From NCBI GenBank assembly GCA_964016885.1, contig OZ024741.1, positions 182,404,001-182,468,000 of the forward strand: DNA of 64,000 nucleotides, written 5' to 3'. This stretch comes from Eledone cirrhosa. Taxonomy: Eukaryota. This document shows positions 13,915-27,784 of the stretch, in pieces. The position numbers were made by a program, and so were the translations under genes. Numbering within the stretch: the first letter of the stretch is position 1; every line of letters begins with the position of its first letter. Below the pieces are notes generated by a model, which was given only the letters and a program-made list of their open reading frames with translations, was not told the DNA's origin and searched no databases.

Positions 13915-14532
13915 ATGGTTTCTTATATAGGCACAAGGCCAGCAATTTCGTGGGAGGGAAAAGTCGATTAAATCGACCCAGTGCATGACTGGTATTTTAT
14001 TCTATCAACCCCGTAAGGATGAAAGGCAAAGCTAAACCTCGGCGGGATTTAAACTCAGACCGTAAAAGGCCGTAACTCCATGCTGAAAAGCATGGCGCCC
14101 GACCCCCTACAGATTCTGTCAATCCACTAGGGCTAACTATAATAATAATTGTATCTACTTTTGGCACAAGGCCAGCAATTATCCCAGTGTATTACTGGTA
14201 CTTTATTTTATCGACCCCGTAAGGATGAAAGGCAAAGTTAACCTCGACGGGATTTGAACTCAGACCGTAAAGGGACGTAACTATGCTAGAAAGCATGGCG
14301 TCCGACTCTCTACAGATACCGCCAATTCACTGCTAACTACAATAATTGTTTCTACTTTTGGCACCAGGCCAGCAATTACGCCAGTGTATTACTGGTACTT
14401 TATTTTATCGACCCCGTAAGGATGAAAGGCAAAGTAAACCTCGGCGGGATTTGAACTCAGAATGGCAAGGACCGTAACTCTATGCGTCAAAGCATGGCGT
14501 CCGACCCTCTACCGATACTGCCAATCCACCGC
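13915..14532 (-). mobile_element. Three head-to-tail SINE copies
   Basis: Three full reverse-complement SINE bodies separated by GCTAACTA(C/T)AATAAT. Confidence 0.85.
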
Positions 14533-14779
14533 CAATGTTGCTAACTACAATAATAATACAAGTTTACTATAGCTCTCTTATATAGTCGACATACCGTTTT
14601 AATATCTACTCACAAAATTAATGTTTTTTTTTTTCTCACATAAACAACGATTCATTGATAATCAAATATGTTGCCTGTCTTACGATGTCTGGTTTGTTTT
14701 CTTATGCGTGGTGGTGGTCGTGGTGGTGTTGTGTGTTGTTGTAATGGTAATGTTGTGAAAGTAATATTGTTGTTGAAAA

Positions 14780-14963
14780 GGTGGTGGATTGGCAGTATCG
14801 GTAGAGGGTCGGACGCCATGCTTTCTGGCATAGTTACGTCCCTTTACGATCTGAGTTCAAATCCCGCCGAGGTTGACTTTGCCTTTCATCCTTACGGGGT
14901 CGATAAAATAAAGTACCAGTAATGAACTGGGTAATTGCTGGCCTTGTGCCTAAAGTAGAAACA
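14780..14963 (+). mobile_element. Full-length tRNA-derived SINE with TSD
   Basis: A/B boxes present. TSD AATATTGTTGTTGAAAA at about 14763-14779 and 14964-14980. Confidence 0.9.
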
Positions 14964-15568
14964 AATATTGTTGTTGAAAATGTAGTCAGACTTGACAACC
15001 TCTAAAAACCCAAACGGGGTGTACCGTTAAGAAAATGAGGCAAAATGGGGAGATTTTACATAGTTGTTTCTACTATTGACACAAGGCCAGCAATAACTCA
15101 GTACATTACTGGTACTTTATTTTATCGACCCCCGTAAGGATGAAAGGCAAAGTTAACCTCGATGGGATTTGAACTCAGATCGTAAAGGGACGGAACTCTT
15201 TGCATGAAAGCATGGCGTCCGACCCTCTACCGATACTGCCAATCCACCGTGCATAATGAAAGCTATACCAATTTTCACTAGAGATAGACAACTGTCACCC
15301 ACCCCAAAGTGGGACGGGGAGAGTTGACAAGTCTGTTGTAGTAGTTGCGATGATGCTAATGGTGGTGGTGATGCTGCTGCTGATGATGATGATGTTGATG
15401 TTGATGATGTTGCTGACTGTGATGGTGATTGTTATAATGATAATGAATGATGCCTCTTTCCTATATAGTTTTGTTTGTATCATTCACTTGCCACGTCACT
15501 TCCTTTTTCTTTTCTTTCTCCTTCCGCTGGCACGGTAGAAAAATTGAACCCCCCTCCACACACACACA

Positions 15569-15697
<129 letters not shown>

Positions 15698-15702
15698 ACG
15701 CA

Positions 15703-15777
<75 letters not shown>

Positions 15778-16104
15778 TTATCTCTCTCTTTAGAGACAGA
15801 GGTAATTAAATGTTCGATGTAATACATAAGAGTGGACATGGACATTATATATTGTATGTAAGTAGACCAGTTCTTCATTTTAGGCACATTCATTCGATGT
15901 TCAGAGAGTGGGATTGGCCCCATGCAAACCCTTTCCTCACTTAAAAAAAGCTTCAAGCACCGGCATCGCTTGATACATGACAATTTTAGCAATGCAGGGT
16001 ATTGCTGGCCATAGGCAAGTCCCTAGCAGGACTAAAAAGCCAGGTCCCTGATACTCATGGTTAAGTATCAAGCGATGACATTACTCTAAATCGAGTTGCA
16101 GCCA

Positions 16105-16408
16105 TGTATGTATGTATGTATGTATGTATGTATGTATGTATAAATGTATGTATGTATGTATGTATGTATGAATGTATGTATGGATGGATGGATGTATGTA
16201 TGAATGTATGTATGTATGTATGTATGTATGTATGTATGTATGTATGTATGTATGTATGTATGAATGTATGTATGTATGTATGCATGAATGTATGTATGTA
16301 TGTATGTATGTATGTATGTATGTATGTATGTATGTATGTATGTATGTATGGATGGATGGATGGATGGATGGATGGATGGATGGATGTATATATGTATGTA
16401 TGTATGTA

Positions 16409-16444
<36 letters not shown>

Positions 16445-16550
16445 TGTATGTATGGATGGATGGATGTATGGATGAATGTATGTATGTATGTATGTATGTA
16501 TGGATGTATGGATGAATGTATGTATGTATGTATGTATGGATGGATGGATG

Positions 16551-16584
<34 letters not shown>

Positions 16585-16944
16585 TGTATGTATGTATGAA
16601 TGTATGTATGTATGTATGTATGTATGTATGTATGTATGTATGTATGTATGTATGGATGGATGGATGGATGGATGGATGGATGGATGTATGGATGGATGGA
16701 TGGATGTATGTATGTATGTATGTATGTATGTATGTATGTATGTATGTATGTATGTATGTATGTATGTATGGATGGATGGATGGATGTATATATATATATG
16801 TATGTATGTATGGATGGATGGATGGATGTATATATATGTATGTATGGATGGATGGATGGATGGATGGATGGATGGATGTATGTATGGATGGATGGATGGA
16901 TGTATATATATATGTATGTATGTATGTATGGATGGATGGATGTA

Positions 16945-16980
<36 letters not shown>

Positions 16981-17054
16981 TGTATGGATGGATGGATGGA
17001 TGGATGGATGGATGGATGGATGGATGGATGGATGTATGTATGGATGGATGGATG

Positions 17055-17090
<36 letters not shown>

Positions 17091-17248
17091 TGTATGTATG
17101 TATGTATGTATGTATGGATGGATGGATGGATGTATGTATGTATGTATGTATGTATGTATGTATGTATGTATGTATGTATGTATGTATGTATGTATGAATG
17201 TATGTATGTATGTATGTATATATATATATGTATGGATGGATGGATGTA

Positions 17249-17284
<36 letters not shown>

Positions 17285-17404
17285 TGTATGTATGTATGTA
17301 TGTATGTATGTATGTATGTATGTATGTATGGATGTATATATGGATGTATGTATGGATGTATATATATATATATATGTATGGATGGATGTATGTATGTATG
17401 TATG

Positions 17405-17438
<34 letters not shown>

Positions 17439-17518
17439 TGGATGGATGTATGTATGTATGGATGTATATAGGTATGTATATATGTATGTATGTATGTATG
17501 GATGTATGTAGGTATGTA
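16105..17518. repeat. 1.4-kb (TATG)n/(GATG)n tetranucleotide array
   Basis: Direct inspection. Confidence 0.95.
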
Positions 17519-17977
17519 TCTTAACGCGAGTACATGGACATACTTGGTTTGGTGCCCAGGTGCACAGATAGTCCATCCAGATGAGCGGCCCTTGCTCCTT
17601 GTTAGGACATCATTCTTGGTGAAGGAAAAGTCTGATGCAACTCAATAGCAGCCAATGATGTTAACCTGTTCTTCTTGGATACCTGTCACCGTCACTCAGA
17701 GAGAGGGGTTGGTCCAGCGTAAGGCATTTCTTCACTTAAAAAAGCTTCAAATACAGGTTTCCTGGATCTAAACGACTTTTACGAGTGTTACATGAACATA
17801 GCTTTTAGTTTTTTTCTTTCGCTGAAGCATATGCAAAGAGTATTCTAAGTCTCTGGCAGGGCTAAAATGTCATGTTCGTACCGTGAAAGAGGAAAAGGTT
17901 TAGGGAAATGTAATTATCGAAACCGACATGCAGCCATTATGTTATGTTATGTCATGTTATATATGTATGTATGTATG

Positions 17978-18150
17978 TTTTCTCTTTCTCTTAATTTCGA
18001 GTATATTTTTTTGACCGGTCACCTTCCTGGTGGCAAGGTTGTAAAAGAAAAGAAATTGTCATCCCTTGAATCGCAAGAATGTTTTGCAAATTTTGAAGGT
18101 GCCAGCTATCGCAGCCATTTGTAGACTATGAATTAGGGAGCTGCGCTTTT
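17978..18150 (-). mobile_element. R4/Dong-type LINE extreme 3' fragment
   Basis: Same sequence as 18582-18740 (SLQMAAIAGTFKICKTF plus 3' UTR). Both flanks TATG repeats. Confidence 0.85.
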
Positions 18151-18213
18151 TGTATGTATGTATGTATGTATGTATGTATGTATGTATGTATGTATGTATG
18201 TATGTATGTATGT

Positions 18214-18563
18214 ATAACACCTGTTACCCTGATGGTATTCAATGATGTTGACTTGTTCTTCTTTTTGGTAAATATCATCTTGGTTAAGAGAGTGGGACTG
18301 GCTTTGCGCAATGTCTTTGCTCACTATAAAAGCTTCACGGCACAGGCATTGCTTTATGTCTGGAGATCTCTCTGCACTTGTCGTCACATGGTACAATGGG
18401 CCCAGCACTATGTGTCAATAATTGTCAAGAGTGTAGTGTTTGTACCAGACTTGTCAAGTTGCTGGCTGGACTAAAAAGTCACACTCGTTCAGCGCATCGG
18501 TAGGGGTTCTCCTACATGGATATAAAGTAGTGGCCGTACTCGAAAACGAGTTGGCAGTCCCCA
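18214..18563 (+). mobile_element. RTE derivative family A, 5'-truncated
   Basis: Homologous to 7803-8179; within (TATG)n. Confidence 0.8.
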
Positions 18564-18581
18564 TGTATGTATGTATGTATG

Positions 18582-19545
18582 TTATCTCTTTCTCTTAATT
18601 TTTTGACCGGTCACCTTCCTGGTGGCAAGGTTGTAAAAGAAAAGAAATTGTCATCCCGTGAATCGCAAGAATGTTTTGCAAATTTTGAAGGTGCCAGCTA
18701 TCGCAGCCATTTGTAGACTATGAATTAGGGAGCTGCGCTCTTTGTCCGCAAATCCAAGTTCAGTCATACTTTGGTCCAAGCGGGTTGGTATATAACCCGT
18801 AGCTCCAATAATGATGGGTATGAAGCTAAAGGTGTATCTTGGATACTGGATTTGTAAACTCGTCATCAATGGTCCGTAGATATCCTTCTTCTCCTGTATT
18901 TTTCTGACAACGTTTACATCAAGTGGGCACCTGATCTCCACAACAGAACACGTTTTCAATGTGTGGTCCCAAACAACAATATCAGGCCGGTTGGGCTTTA
19001 ATTTGGTGGCAGTTTTTATTTTCAGGTTCCACCAGTATTCCTTAGTGCCATCTATCTCAATATATTCTTCCTCGTTTGTTGTTAATTTTGTTTTCCGAAG
19101 TGTGTTCCAGATGGTTCTAGCTATCCCATCGTGTCTCATGGGGAGGTAGTAGCGAGATGACATTCTTTCGCAGCTGGCAACAATGTGGCTTACCTCTTCG
19201 ATCTTTGTTTTACATAGCCTACATTTATTGTCAGCTGATGGCCCTCCTCTTTTGTGCAGCAGATATTTGGTAAGGATTTCTTGTTCCTGTATTGCATAGA
19301 GATATCCCTCAAGGTGTGATGTCATAAACTTGTCGGAACTCCATGCCAGGCTTTTTGAGTGGTTTATCCCCTCTATGGTCTGTGTTTTACGTCCAAGTAT
19401 CCATGCACAACCTTTTCTGTAAATTGGTCAATGTTTTCATCTTGTTTGAACATTGAATAGGATCTTCCGATTTCTCTGGGTGAGAGATTTATATCAGGCT
19501 TTATTCCATATCTCTCCTCCAGATCAGTGGCTATCCTAATGATAT
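18582..19545 (-). mobile_element. 5'-truncated R4/Dong-clade non-LTR retrotransposon (CCHC finger + restriction-like endonuclease)
   Basis: ORF 18651-19325 contains AIQEQEI, CRLC..EEVSHIVASC, RHD, NRPDIVVWD..VEI.CP, K...Y and PIIIGATG, the hallmark RLE motifs. Both flanks (TATG)n. Confidence 0.9.
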
Positions 19546-19985
19546 TTTTTTTTATGTATGTATGTATGCATGTATGTGTGTATGCGTGTATTTATTGGTC
19601 TCTACTTTGCTAACATAGATTTACAAGGATTCCAATAGCCAGTTGTCCATCCATCTACAAAAATATGAAAATCTTTTCTACTTCAATTCATCCATTGTCA
19701 GTGTTTTAAATTCCGTAGACTTTTTTCTCATTCTCTCGCATATTTCATGCATATGAATAACTTTTAATATATAAAAAGGAATCACCGTTAATTTTGACGG
19801 TGGAAGCTCACTTGTATATAAAAAGTATTCTCGACGCCTAAAACACGTCTTCAGCCTTTTAATTAAGAGTGGTTTCTAGTTAATAACTAGTCTGTCAAAT
19901 ATAATGTAGCATAATGTTATGTAATATAATATAATATAATATAACATTATATATATGTGTGTGTGTGTGTGTGGGTGTGTCTAAT

Positions 19986-20020
<35 letters not shown>

Positions 20021-20051
20021 ATATAAATATATATATGTATATATATATAAA

Positions 20052-20089
<38 letters not shown>

Positions 20090-20092
<3 letters not shown>

Positions 20093-20432
20093 GGAGTGTA
20101 TCTTGGAGTTACTGTAGGTTCACCCGGGTGAGCACTCGATGTTTAGGTTCACTTCTGTGTCGAGATGTAGAGCTGTACAGAGTGTATTATAGTGAAAAGA
20201 TAACAAGGACGATTGGTTACTCCTTCATTACATTTATTGGTTGGTGACGCGCGTTTCGCCACTGATCAGCTCAAGGTTCGATCTGTATCGATCTTACCCG
20301 ATCTTACTCTGCGGATTACAGAGTCGGGTAAGATCGATACAGATCGAACCTTGAGCTGATCAGTGGCGAAACGCGCGTCACCAACCAATAAATGTAATGA
20401 AGGAGTAACCAATCGTCCTTGTTATCTTTTCA
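20090..20432. mobile_element. Fold-back element with duplicated HHR 3' half
   Basis: Near-perfect palindrome (arms about 20195-20301 and 20324-20431). Each arm carries GGC-GAAAC-GCGC-GTC-ACCAACC. Confidence 0.7.
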
Positions 20433-20436
20433 ACAT

Positions 20437-20505
<69 letters not shown>

Positions 20506-20600
20506 TAAACATATATATATATAAATATATATATATATATGTATATATACATCTGTATTGGCATCTTCCAACCCGATATGTATATGTATATATATCTGTA

Positions 20601-20708
<108 letters not shown>

Positions 20709-21114
20709 GTAATTTTTTTTTAAATGATTTCGTTAAGGGATAGAGAGTGGGGGGAAATAAACAGAAAGAAAGAATGAATGAAGGATGCACTTGCACACAA
20801 CAGTTAAATGTCGGATTGGGATTAGAAATGCAGAAAAGGTAATTGAAATAAAGGAAATTAAAGAACGAAACATTTATAACGGGAAATCAAGGAGCTTTCT
20901 CCGAGGACATTTTCATCTTTTGTGGGACACAATTTTCAAAGAACTCCCTACAATTTTGTAATAGTATTAAAGTATTGTCCTGAAAAATCTCCTCCTAAGA
21001 AAACTTGTATTCACAAAGCAAGAGAATAGAATAATTCTAACGAACACGATTGAATGCGTTCAATGAACAGACAATTTTCAAAGAGGTGATGTTGAATATT
21101 TGGTCATGTATTTT

Positions 21115-21203
<89 letters not shown>

Positions 21204-21248
21204 AAGTTAAATAAAAAGTCAAATGATTAAAATTTAGCTTCGTTTATT

Positions 21249-21303
21249 ACTGCTATATATATTTCAGTGACAGCCATCTTTGGCTGTGACCTCTTCAGGC
21301 AGT
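21249..21303 (-). ncRNA. Type I hammerhead ribozyme motif
   Basis: Minus strand ACTGC-CTGAAGA-g-GTCACAGCCA-aaga-TGGCTGTCAC-t-GAAA-TATATATA-GCAGT. Confidence 0.7.
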
Positions 21304-21416
21304 TTGAATTAGTGTGGTATAGACAAGTACATATGTTGTTGAGGTGTATAATATTGTCAATACTCTGATATGCCCAGTTCCTGAGGTGTTGGTATACAAC
21401 CAACATAAACTCAAAA

Positions 21417-21466
<50 letters not shown>

Positions 21467-21467
<1 letters not shown>

Positions 21468-22052
21468 GAGGTGTGTCAGAAAAGTTCCAGGACTGATGTC
21501 ACAAAAGATTTATTTCAAACCCAAACTTCACACTAAGAGTTTTCTCCTTCAAAGTAATCCCCCTGGAGTCTAATGCACTTTTCCATCCTTTTCTGCCACG
21601 CTTGCATGCACTCCTGGAAGGATTCTTCCGGGATCCTCCGCAGTTCCGTCGTCACGGCCTTGTTGATGTCGTCCACGTCTTCAAAACGGATTCCCTTGAT
21701 GACCCTCATGAGCTTGGGGAATAGGAAAAAATCACACGGAGCCAGATCGGGGGAGTAGGGAGGTTGCTCCAGCACGGCGATGTTCTTCTCGGCCAGGAAC
21801 TGTCGGATGCTCAGGGCATTGTGAACAGGCGCGTTGTCATGGTGAAGCAGCCACGAGTTGTCCTGCCCCAAATCTCGCCTCTTCTCACGCACTGAACGAA
21901 GCAAACGCTGCAGTATCTCTTTGTAGACATGTTGGTTGATCGTCTGGCCCTGCGGCAAGAACTCGCAGTGGACGATCCCCCTCACATCGAAGAATGTGAT
22001 CAAGATGACCTTGGCTTTGGACTTCGACTGTCGTGCTTTCTTCGAGAAGGTC
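21467..22052 (-). mobile_element. Mariner (D,D34D) transposase 3' fragment with terminal inverted repeat
   Basis: ORF 21533-22069 has LHHDNAPVH, PPYSPDLAPCDFFLF and terminal GDYFE. TA|CGAGGTGTGTCAGAAAAGT TIR next to (TA)n. Confidence 0.92.
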
Positions 22053-22789
22053 ACTCTGATGTAAAACATGCGACTTCAATGATGTAGACCAGTTCTACTT
22101 TTGGGGTAAATACATTGGATGTTTAGAGAATAGGATTGGCTCCGTGGAAACCCTTTCCTCACTTGATATCTGGCATCTTCTTATGTATCAAGTGATAGCA
22201 TACTCGAAATCGAGTTGCAGCCATCATATATATATTATTTATTTATGTTCATACACGAAACAAAAGCCGGTACCTAAGGTTTTAAGGTCCAGTTATGACT
22301 ATCTCCCCAGATTGTGTACAATGGTGCAGCGAAAGACAGATCATATTTGCGACTTAGTCATCAGACGCTTGGACGAGTTTGAAGATATCGTTAAAAATAT
22401 AGTTTGTTAAACACTCGCTTATGAAAAGAATATTTATATATTAATTGACGTAGTATAAGGAAGGGAAATAACTCAAGATGTAAAATTGAATGGCTATGTA
22501 TGTAAACAATTGTATGGTATTATTATGTGGTGTGTAATATAGAAATGTTTATATTTATTTAAAATTTGGAGTTGTATAGGTGTGCCGTATTATGTAAGTA
22601 CGTAAAAAGGTAAAGTTATTAAGAAAGTATATGAATCAATATCAATGTGGTTGAATATCAGGTGAATTCATTGAGTGTTTCCACTTAACAACAGTTGGCC
22701 ATTGAGATGCAGTCATCCTCTAAACATTTTGTTCTTAGAGTTCAAACAATTATTATTTGCAGACAACAAACCTTGTAACATCCTAAATG

Positions 22790-23050
22790 TTTCGCTCTGG
22801 CAAAAACAACATCTCTTTGTACCGTTGCTATAAGGTCTGGACCATTTATAGTAATTTCCATCCAAACCTAGTCGTCTAAAAACTATATCTTTGGTTCCAC
22901 GTACAGCTCACCTGGATGATGTGAAAACAACACTTTCATTTCTTCAGGCTTAATGTAAGTCCAAAAGCAGCACTGGTACTGGAGAAGAGATCCATTATTT
23001 CCTGAAACAACATAATAGATTTTGGGATGTCACAAAAGCTAACCATCAAC
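22790..23050 (-). mobile_element. Degenerate RTE LINE reverse transcriptase fragment
   Basis: MDLFSSTSAAFGLTLSLKK resembles the RTE RT segment after the YADD motif. Confidence 0.55.
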
Positions 23051-23539
23051 CTTTGGACATTTATATTGTAAGCTGGGAATAGTTCACTGTTAATATAAGT
23101 GAAGGATTGTTTATAACTAAGGAGAGCTTCCTGTACCTTTAGAAAAATCGAATTGCTCACTAAATAATGAAACGCAATAGTCGAGAGCTACAAGTTATTG
23201 ATCTTCCATGTAGGGGAGCAGAGGTGGCCCCACTTACATTATTTGTGTCCGAACAACACTTTGAAAATCCAGTCTTATCAACAATGAGAAAATACACCCC
23301 AGGAGCACAAAACACGATCTTCAATTGCATACAGTTACATGAGTCACAATTGAGCACTGGTGTCCTTGCATGTATACAGGTAGACACATCTGCCACTGAG
23401 TGGAAAATCCATGTTAGTCAAATGCACGAGAATGCAACCCCTGCTAATAGAGTCTCTATTCAAATTACATACCATATCTGCCATAAAGAATCGAGACACA
23501 CACCTACATATATACAAATATACATACATGCATACATAC

Positions 23540-23951
23540 ATGGTGGCTGCCAACTCGTTTTCGAGTACGGCCACTACTTTATATCCATGTAGGAGAACCC
23601 CTACCGATGCAATAAACGAGTGTGACTTTTTAGTCCAGCCAGCGACTTGAAAACTCTGGTACAAACACTACACTTGTGACAATTATTGACACAGTGCTGG
23701 GCCCATGGTACCATGTGACGACAAGTGCAGAGAGATCTCCAGATATAAAGCAATGCCTGTGCCGTGAAGCTTTTATAGTGAGAAAAGGCACTGCACAAAG
23801 CCAGTCCCACTCTCTTAACCAAGATGATATTTACCAAAAAGAAGAACAAGTCAACATCATTGGATACCATCAGAGTTGCAGGTGTTATATCAGAGTTTTC
23901 CTTCTCCTAGAATTCTGCCTTGACAAAGGCTAAGGGGTCATCTCTCCCGGG
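23540..23951 (-). mobile_element. RTE derivative family A, truncated
   Basis: Homologous to 13022-13432. Confidence 0.8.
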
Positions 23952-23952
23952 C

Positions 23953-24609
23953 TATGTATGTTTTGAGTTGTATGTGTGGATCTGCATATGCATTGTATCT
24001 GTACATGTGTATATGCAGTTATTAAATGCAGAATTTTTGGAATGTTGTACATATTTTTACTGTTGCATTAATGGATTGTACATGTAATTTCCTAATGTAT
24101 GTATGTATGTATGTATGTATGTATGTATTTATGTATGTATGTATGTATGTATGTATGTATGTATGTATGTATGTATGTATGTATGTATGCATGCATGCAT
24201 GCATACATACATACATACATACATACATACATACATACATACATACATACATACATACATACATACATACATACATACATACATACATACATACATTAGG
24301 AAATTACATGTACAATCCATTAATGCAACAGTAAAAATATGTACAACATTCCAAAAATTCTGCATCTAATAACTGCATATACACATGTACAGATACAAAG
24401 CATATGCAGATCCACACATACAACTCAAAACATACACATCCACATATACAATAACATCCATACCTGCACACACATGCATGCATGCAGACATGCATACATA
24501 TCTACCTAGTTGATGTTGTGTAAATTCCAATGACAGAGTCTTGTAAATATGTTAGAAACCGACTCTCTCTCTATTTTGAAAAATTTGTGAAACTATAAAA
24601 CCCGAATAA
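23953..24609. mobile_element. R4-type LINE family 2 3' end (24296-24609, +) with inverted copy forming a ~480-bp palindrome
   Basis: RKLHVQSINATVKICTTFQKFCI* plus 3' UTR shared with 43220-43498. Arms 23953-24195 and 24196-24437 are centred on (ATGC)n. Confidence 0.85.
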
Positions 24610-24682
24610 CATACATACATACATACATACATACATACATACATACATACATACATACATACATACATACATACATACATAC

Positions 24683-25041
24683 ATGGTGGCTGCCAACTCG
24701 TGTACGAGTACGGCCACTACTTTATATCCATGTAGGAGAACACCTACCGATGCGCTGAACGAATGTGACTTTTTAGTCCAGCCAGCGACTTGAAAACTCT
24801 GGTACAAACACGACACTATGTGACAATTATTGACACACAGTGCTGGGCCCATGGTACCATGTGACGACAAGTGCAGAGAGATCTCCAGATATAAAGTAAT
24901 GCCTGTGCCATGAAGCTTTTATAGTGAGCAAAGGCACTGCACAAAGCCAGTCCCGCTCTCTTAACCAAGGTGATATTTACCAAAAAGAACAAGTCAACAT
25001 CATTGGATACCATCAGGGTTGCAGGTGTTATATCAGAGTTT
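24683..25041 (-). mobile_element. RTE derivative family A, truncated
   Basis: Homologous to other family A copies; (TACA)n flank. Confidence 0.8.
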
Positions 25042-25151
25042 CAACAACAAACTTTTGACCAATCCTTGTGACAATCACTTGTACCATATATGGAATTACC
25101 CCCTGAGAAGCTCGGCTATTCAAATACCAGGATAAAAATTTTCATTTAGTA

Positions 25152-25284
25152 CAGAATTAGCCGTCGAAACGGCTTGAGCTCAGCCGTCGGAGTCCTACTT
25201 GTTCCTATTACCCACTCTACTACCCTAAGTATTGAGTACTTTGGTGCGTTATGGTCCACCTGGTTCCTTACCACATATCCTTCG

Positions 25285-25287
<3 letters not shown>
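25152..25287 (+). mobile_element. Family F element truncated in HHR stem II loop
   Basis: Begins CAGAATTAGCCGTCGAAACGGCTTGAGCTCAGCCGTC; ends CTTCGTTATATA. Confidence 0.7.
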
Positions 25288-25326
<39 letters not shown>

Positions 25327-25391
25327 ATGTATGTATATTATATCTATATATACATGGACAGTGAGAAAGATTATCTATTTTTATTCTTGCC

Positions 25392-25443
<52 letters not shown>

Positions 25444-25490
25444 ATCACTCCCCATACTCGTTTTCTTCTTTCTCATTTTCCCTGCTATTC

Positions 25491-25554
<64 letters not shown>

Positions 25555-25704
25555 CTGTTTCTCCCTCTCTTACCCTCTTAGTCCGAGCACAGTAACTAGA
25601 TAGATTAAATACTGACACGCGTAATGTCTTTGAAAGATGAACAGTGCTGGCTGAGATGACCGACAGATTGACTGATTAATAAATAGTCGAATGAGAGACG
25701 CGAG

Positions 25705-25793
<89 letters not shown>

Positions 25794-27081
25794 AAAGGAC
25801 AAAGATGAAAGTGAGAAACAGAACAAGAGTCAAGAGAGAGAGAGTGTGTGTGTATGGGAGAGGAAATATAACAGAGCCAAAGAGAAATAGAAAGTGAGAA
25901 GAGGGGGAAAGAGTGAGAAAGAAGGTTGAGAAACAATGGCGGCGAAGGAAGGCGAGTATAAGTGTGTCTGTTAGAGAGACGCGGGAGGGGGGGGGGGGTG
26001 ATATATGGAGAAAGACTGAGAAACAGTGGTGGAAGAGATCTTTACAAGTGAGTAGCAGAGAGAGAGTGAGAGAGAGAGAGTAGAAGGCGGGTCAGAAAAG
26101 GTGAAATATTTTTTTTTCGGATAAGAGTTAGGTTCTGTTTACTGAACAAGAACATGAGATAATAAAATGTTTATTTCTACTAAAAATGTTTTATGTAGAT
26201 ACAATGCCAATGGTTCTGCAGGTGAGATTTGAACTCAAAATGTAAAAAGCCATAACTATATACTGCAAAGCATTTTGTTCGATACTCCAACGGTTTGCTA
26301 ATCTACTATACTTTGTAACCAATATAATAATAATTTTATGATTATTATTGCTACAAGAATGAGGGGCGGTGGATTGGCATAGTTACGATCCTTTACGTTC
26401 TGAGTTCAAATCCCACCGAGGTTAACTTTGCGGGGTCGATAAAATAAAGCGCCAGTAATGCACTGGGGTCGATTTAATCGACTTTTCCCTCCTCTCAAAT
26501 CGTTGGTCTTGTGTCTAAATCAGAAATCATTATTGCTACTAGAATGAACAATGTGTGTCAAGGTACACAGGCACATACACACACACACACACACACACGC
26601 ACAAATAGGAAATATTTTATATCAAGTAAGGGGTTTATCTAGAAGCGACAATCTTGCTTCCTCGGTTGTACTGCCAGTCGAAGGACTTTTGGAAGCGTGT
26701 CTATAATCCCAGGAAGAGACTGTTGAATTCATTTAACTTCAACGATTCCAAAGCATCAGTCCTGAGAATATCCTCAATTATACCTGCCATTAATTTTCTA
26801 TCGAGTTAATGAGGAAATCTTGTGTGATGGTTCGACCCGTTAGATTAACCTTCCAATCATTCACTACCGTTAGGTAATGTGGCCTTGGGTTCTCTAAACT
26901 AAAGAAATCGATTCAGGGCTGTCCTGGGTTTAAACAACAACTAACCTTCTATAGAAAAGTTTCTGAAATTGAATAAAGTCACCAAGAAGCCTTGGTGGGG
27001 TTGCCAGTTTAGTCGGCAACGACTCGACCATGAGACAGGTTGTACCGGGATACATGTTACATATATATATACATATATACA

Positions 27082-27117
<36 letters not shown>

Positions 27118-27153
27118 TACATGCATACATATATACATACATACATACATACA

Positions 27154-27676
27154 CGTTGGCTGCAAACTCTGATAAGAATATTGCAATTGCTTGTCAGATT
27201 ACAGAAAATGGTGCACTTTTAGGCTACGGTCAGTCACACAAACATGTAACAGATCCTGAACAAACAATGCCTGTGCTTTGAAGGTTTTTTAAGTGGGGAA
27301 AGCCCTTGCACTCGATCAATCCCACTCTCTGAGCATCGAAAACACTACTCGAAAAGGAGAACTGGTCAACATCATCAGATGCTTCCGAAGCCACCGGTTG
27401 TTTTTTCACAGTTTCCCTCTCTTAGAAAGGTGTTGTGACAACAAGTGGGGTCCTTTCACTTCCAGGTAAAAAAAAAGTACTATTTGGATGGCCGTTGACT
27501 CTGCTGAGTTCCCCCGCCCTTCGCCGGTTCTTATATTTCATCCCGTAGGGTGTGCAAATATCATCCTCCCCACCAAGCAAACTTGGTGGGGTTGCCGGTT
27601 TAGTCGCTGAGGACCCAACCATGAGACAGGTTGTAGTGGGTTACATGTTACCAGTAGCATTCGAGAGTGACCTGAC
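27154..27676 (-). mobile_element. Bipartite RTE derivative, related family B
   Basis: 5' end TCAGGTCACTCTCGAATGCTACTGGTAACATGTAACCC is homologous to family A; diverged body; (TACA)n flanks. Confidence 0.7.
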
Positions 27677-27735
27677 ATACATACATACATACATGTGCGT
27701 ATGAAAGTATATATATATATATATATATATATATG

Positions 27736-27784
<49 letters not shown>

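Noticed and set aside
14780-14870. tRNA genes
   Set aside because: A/B boxes belong to SINE heads with extended spacing and no cloverleaf.
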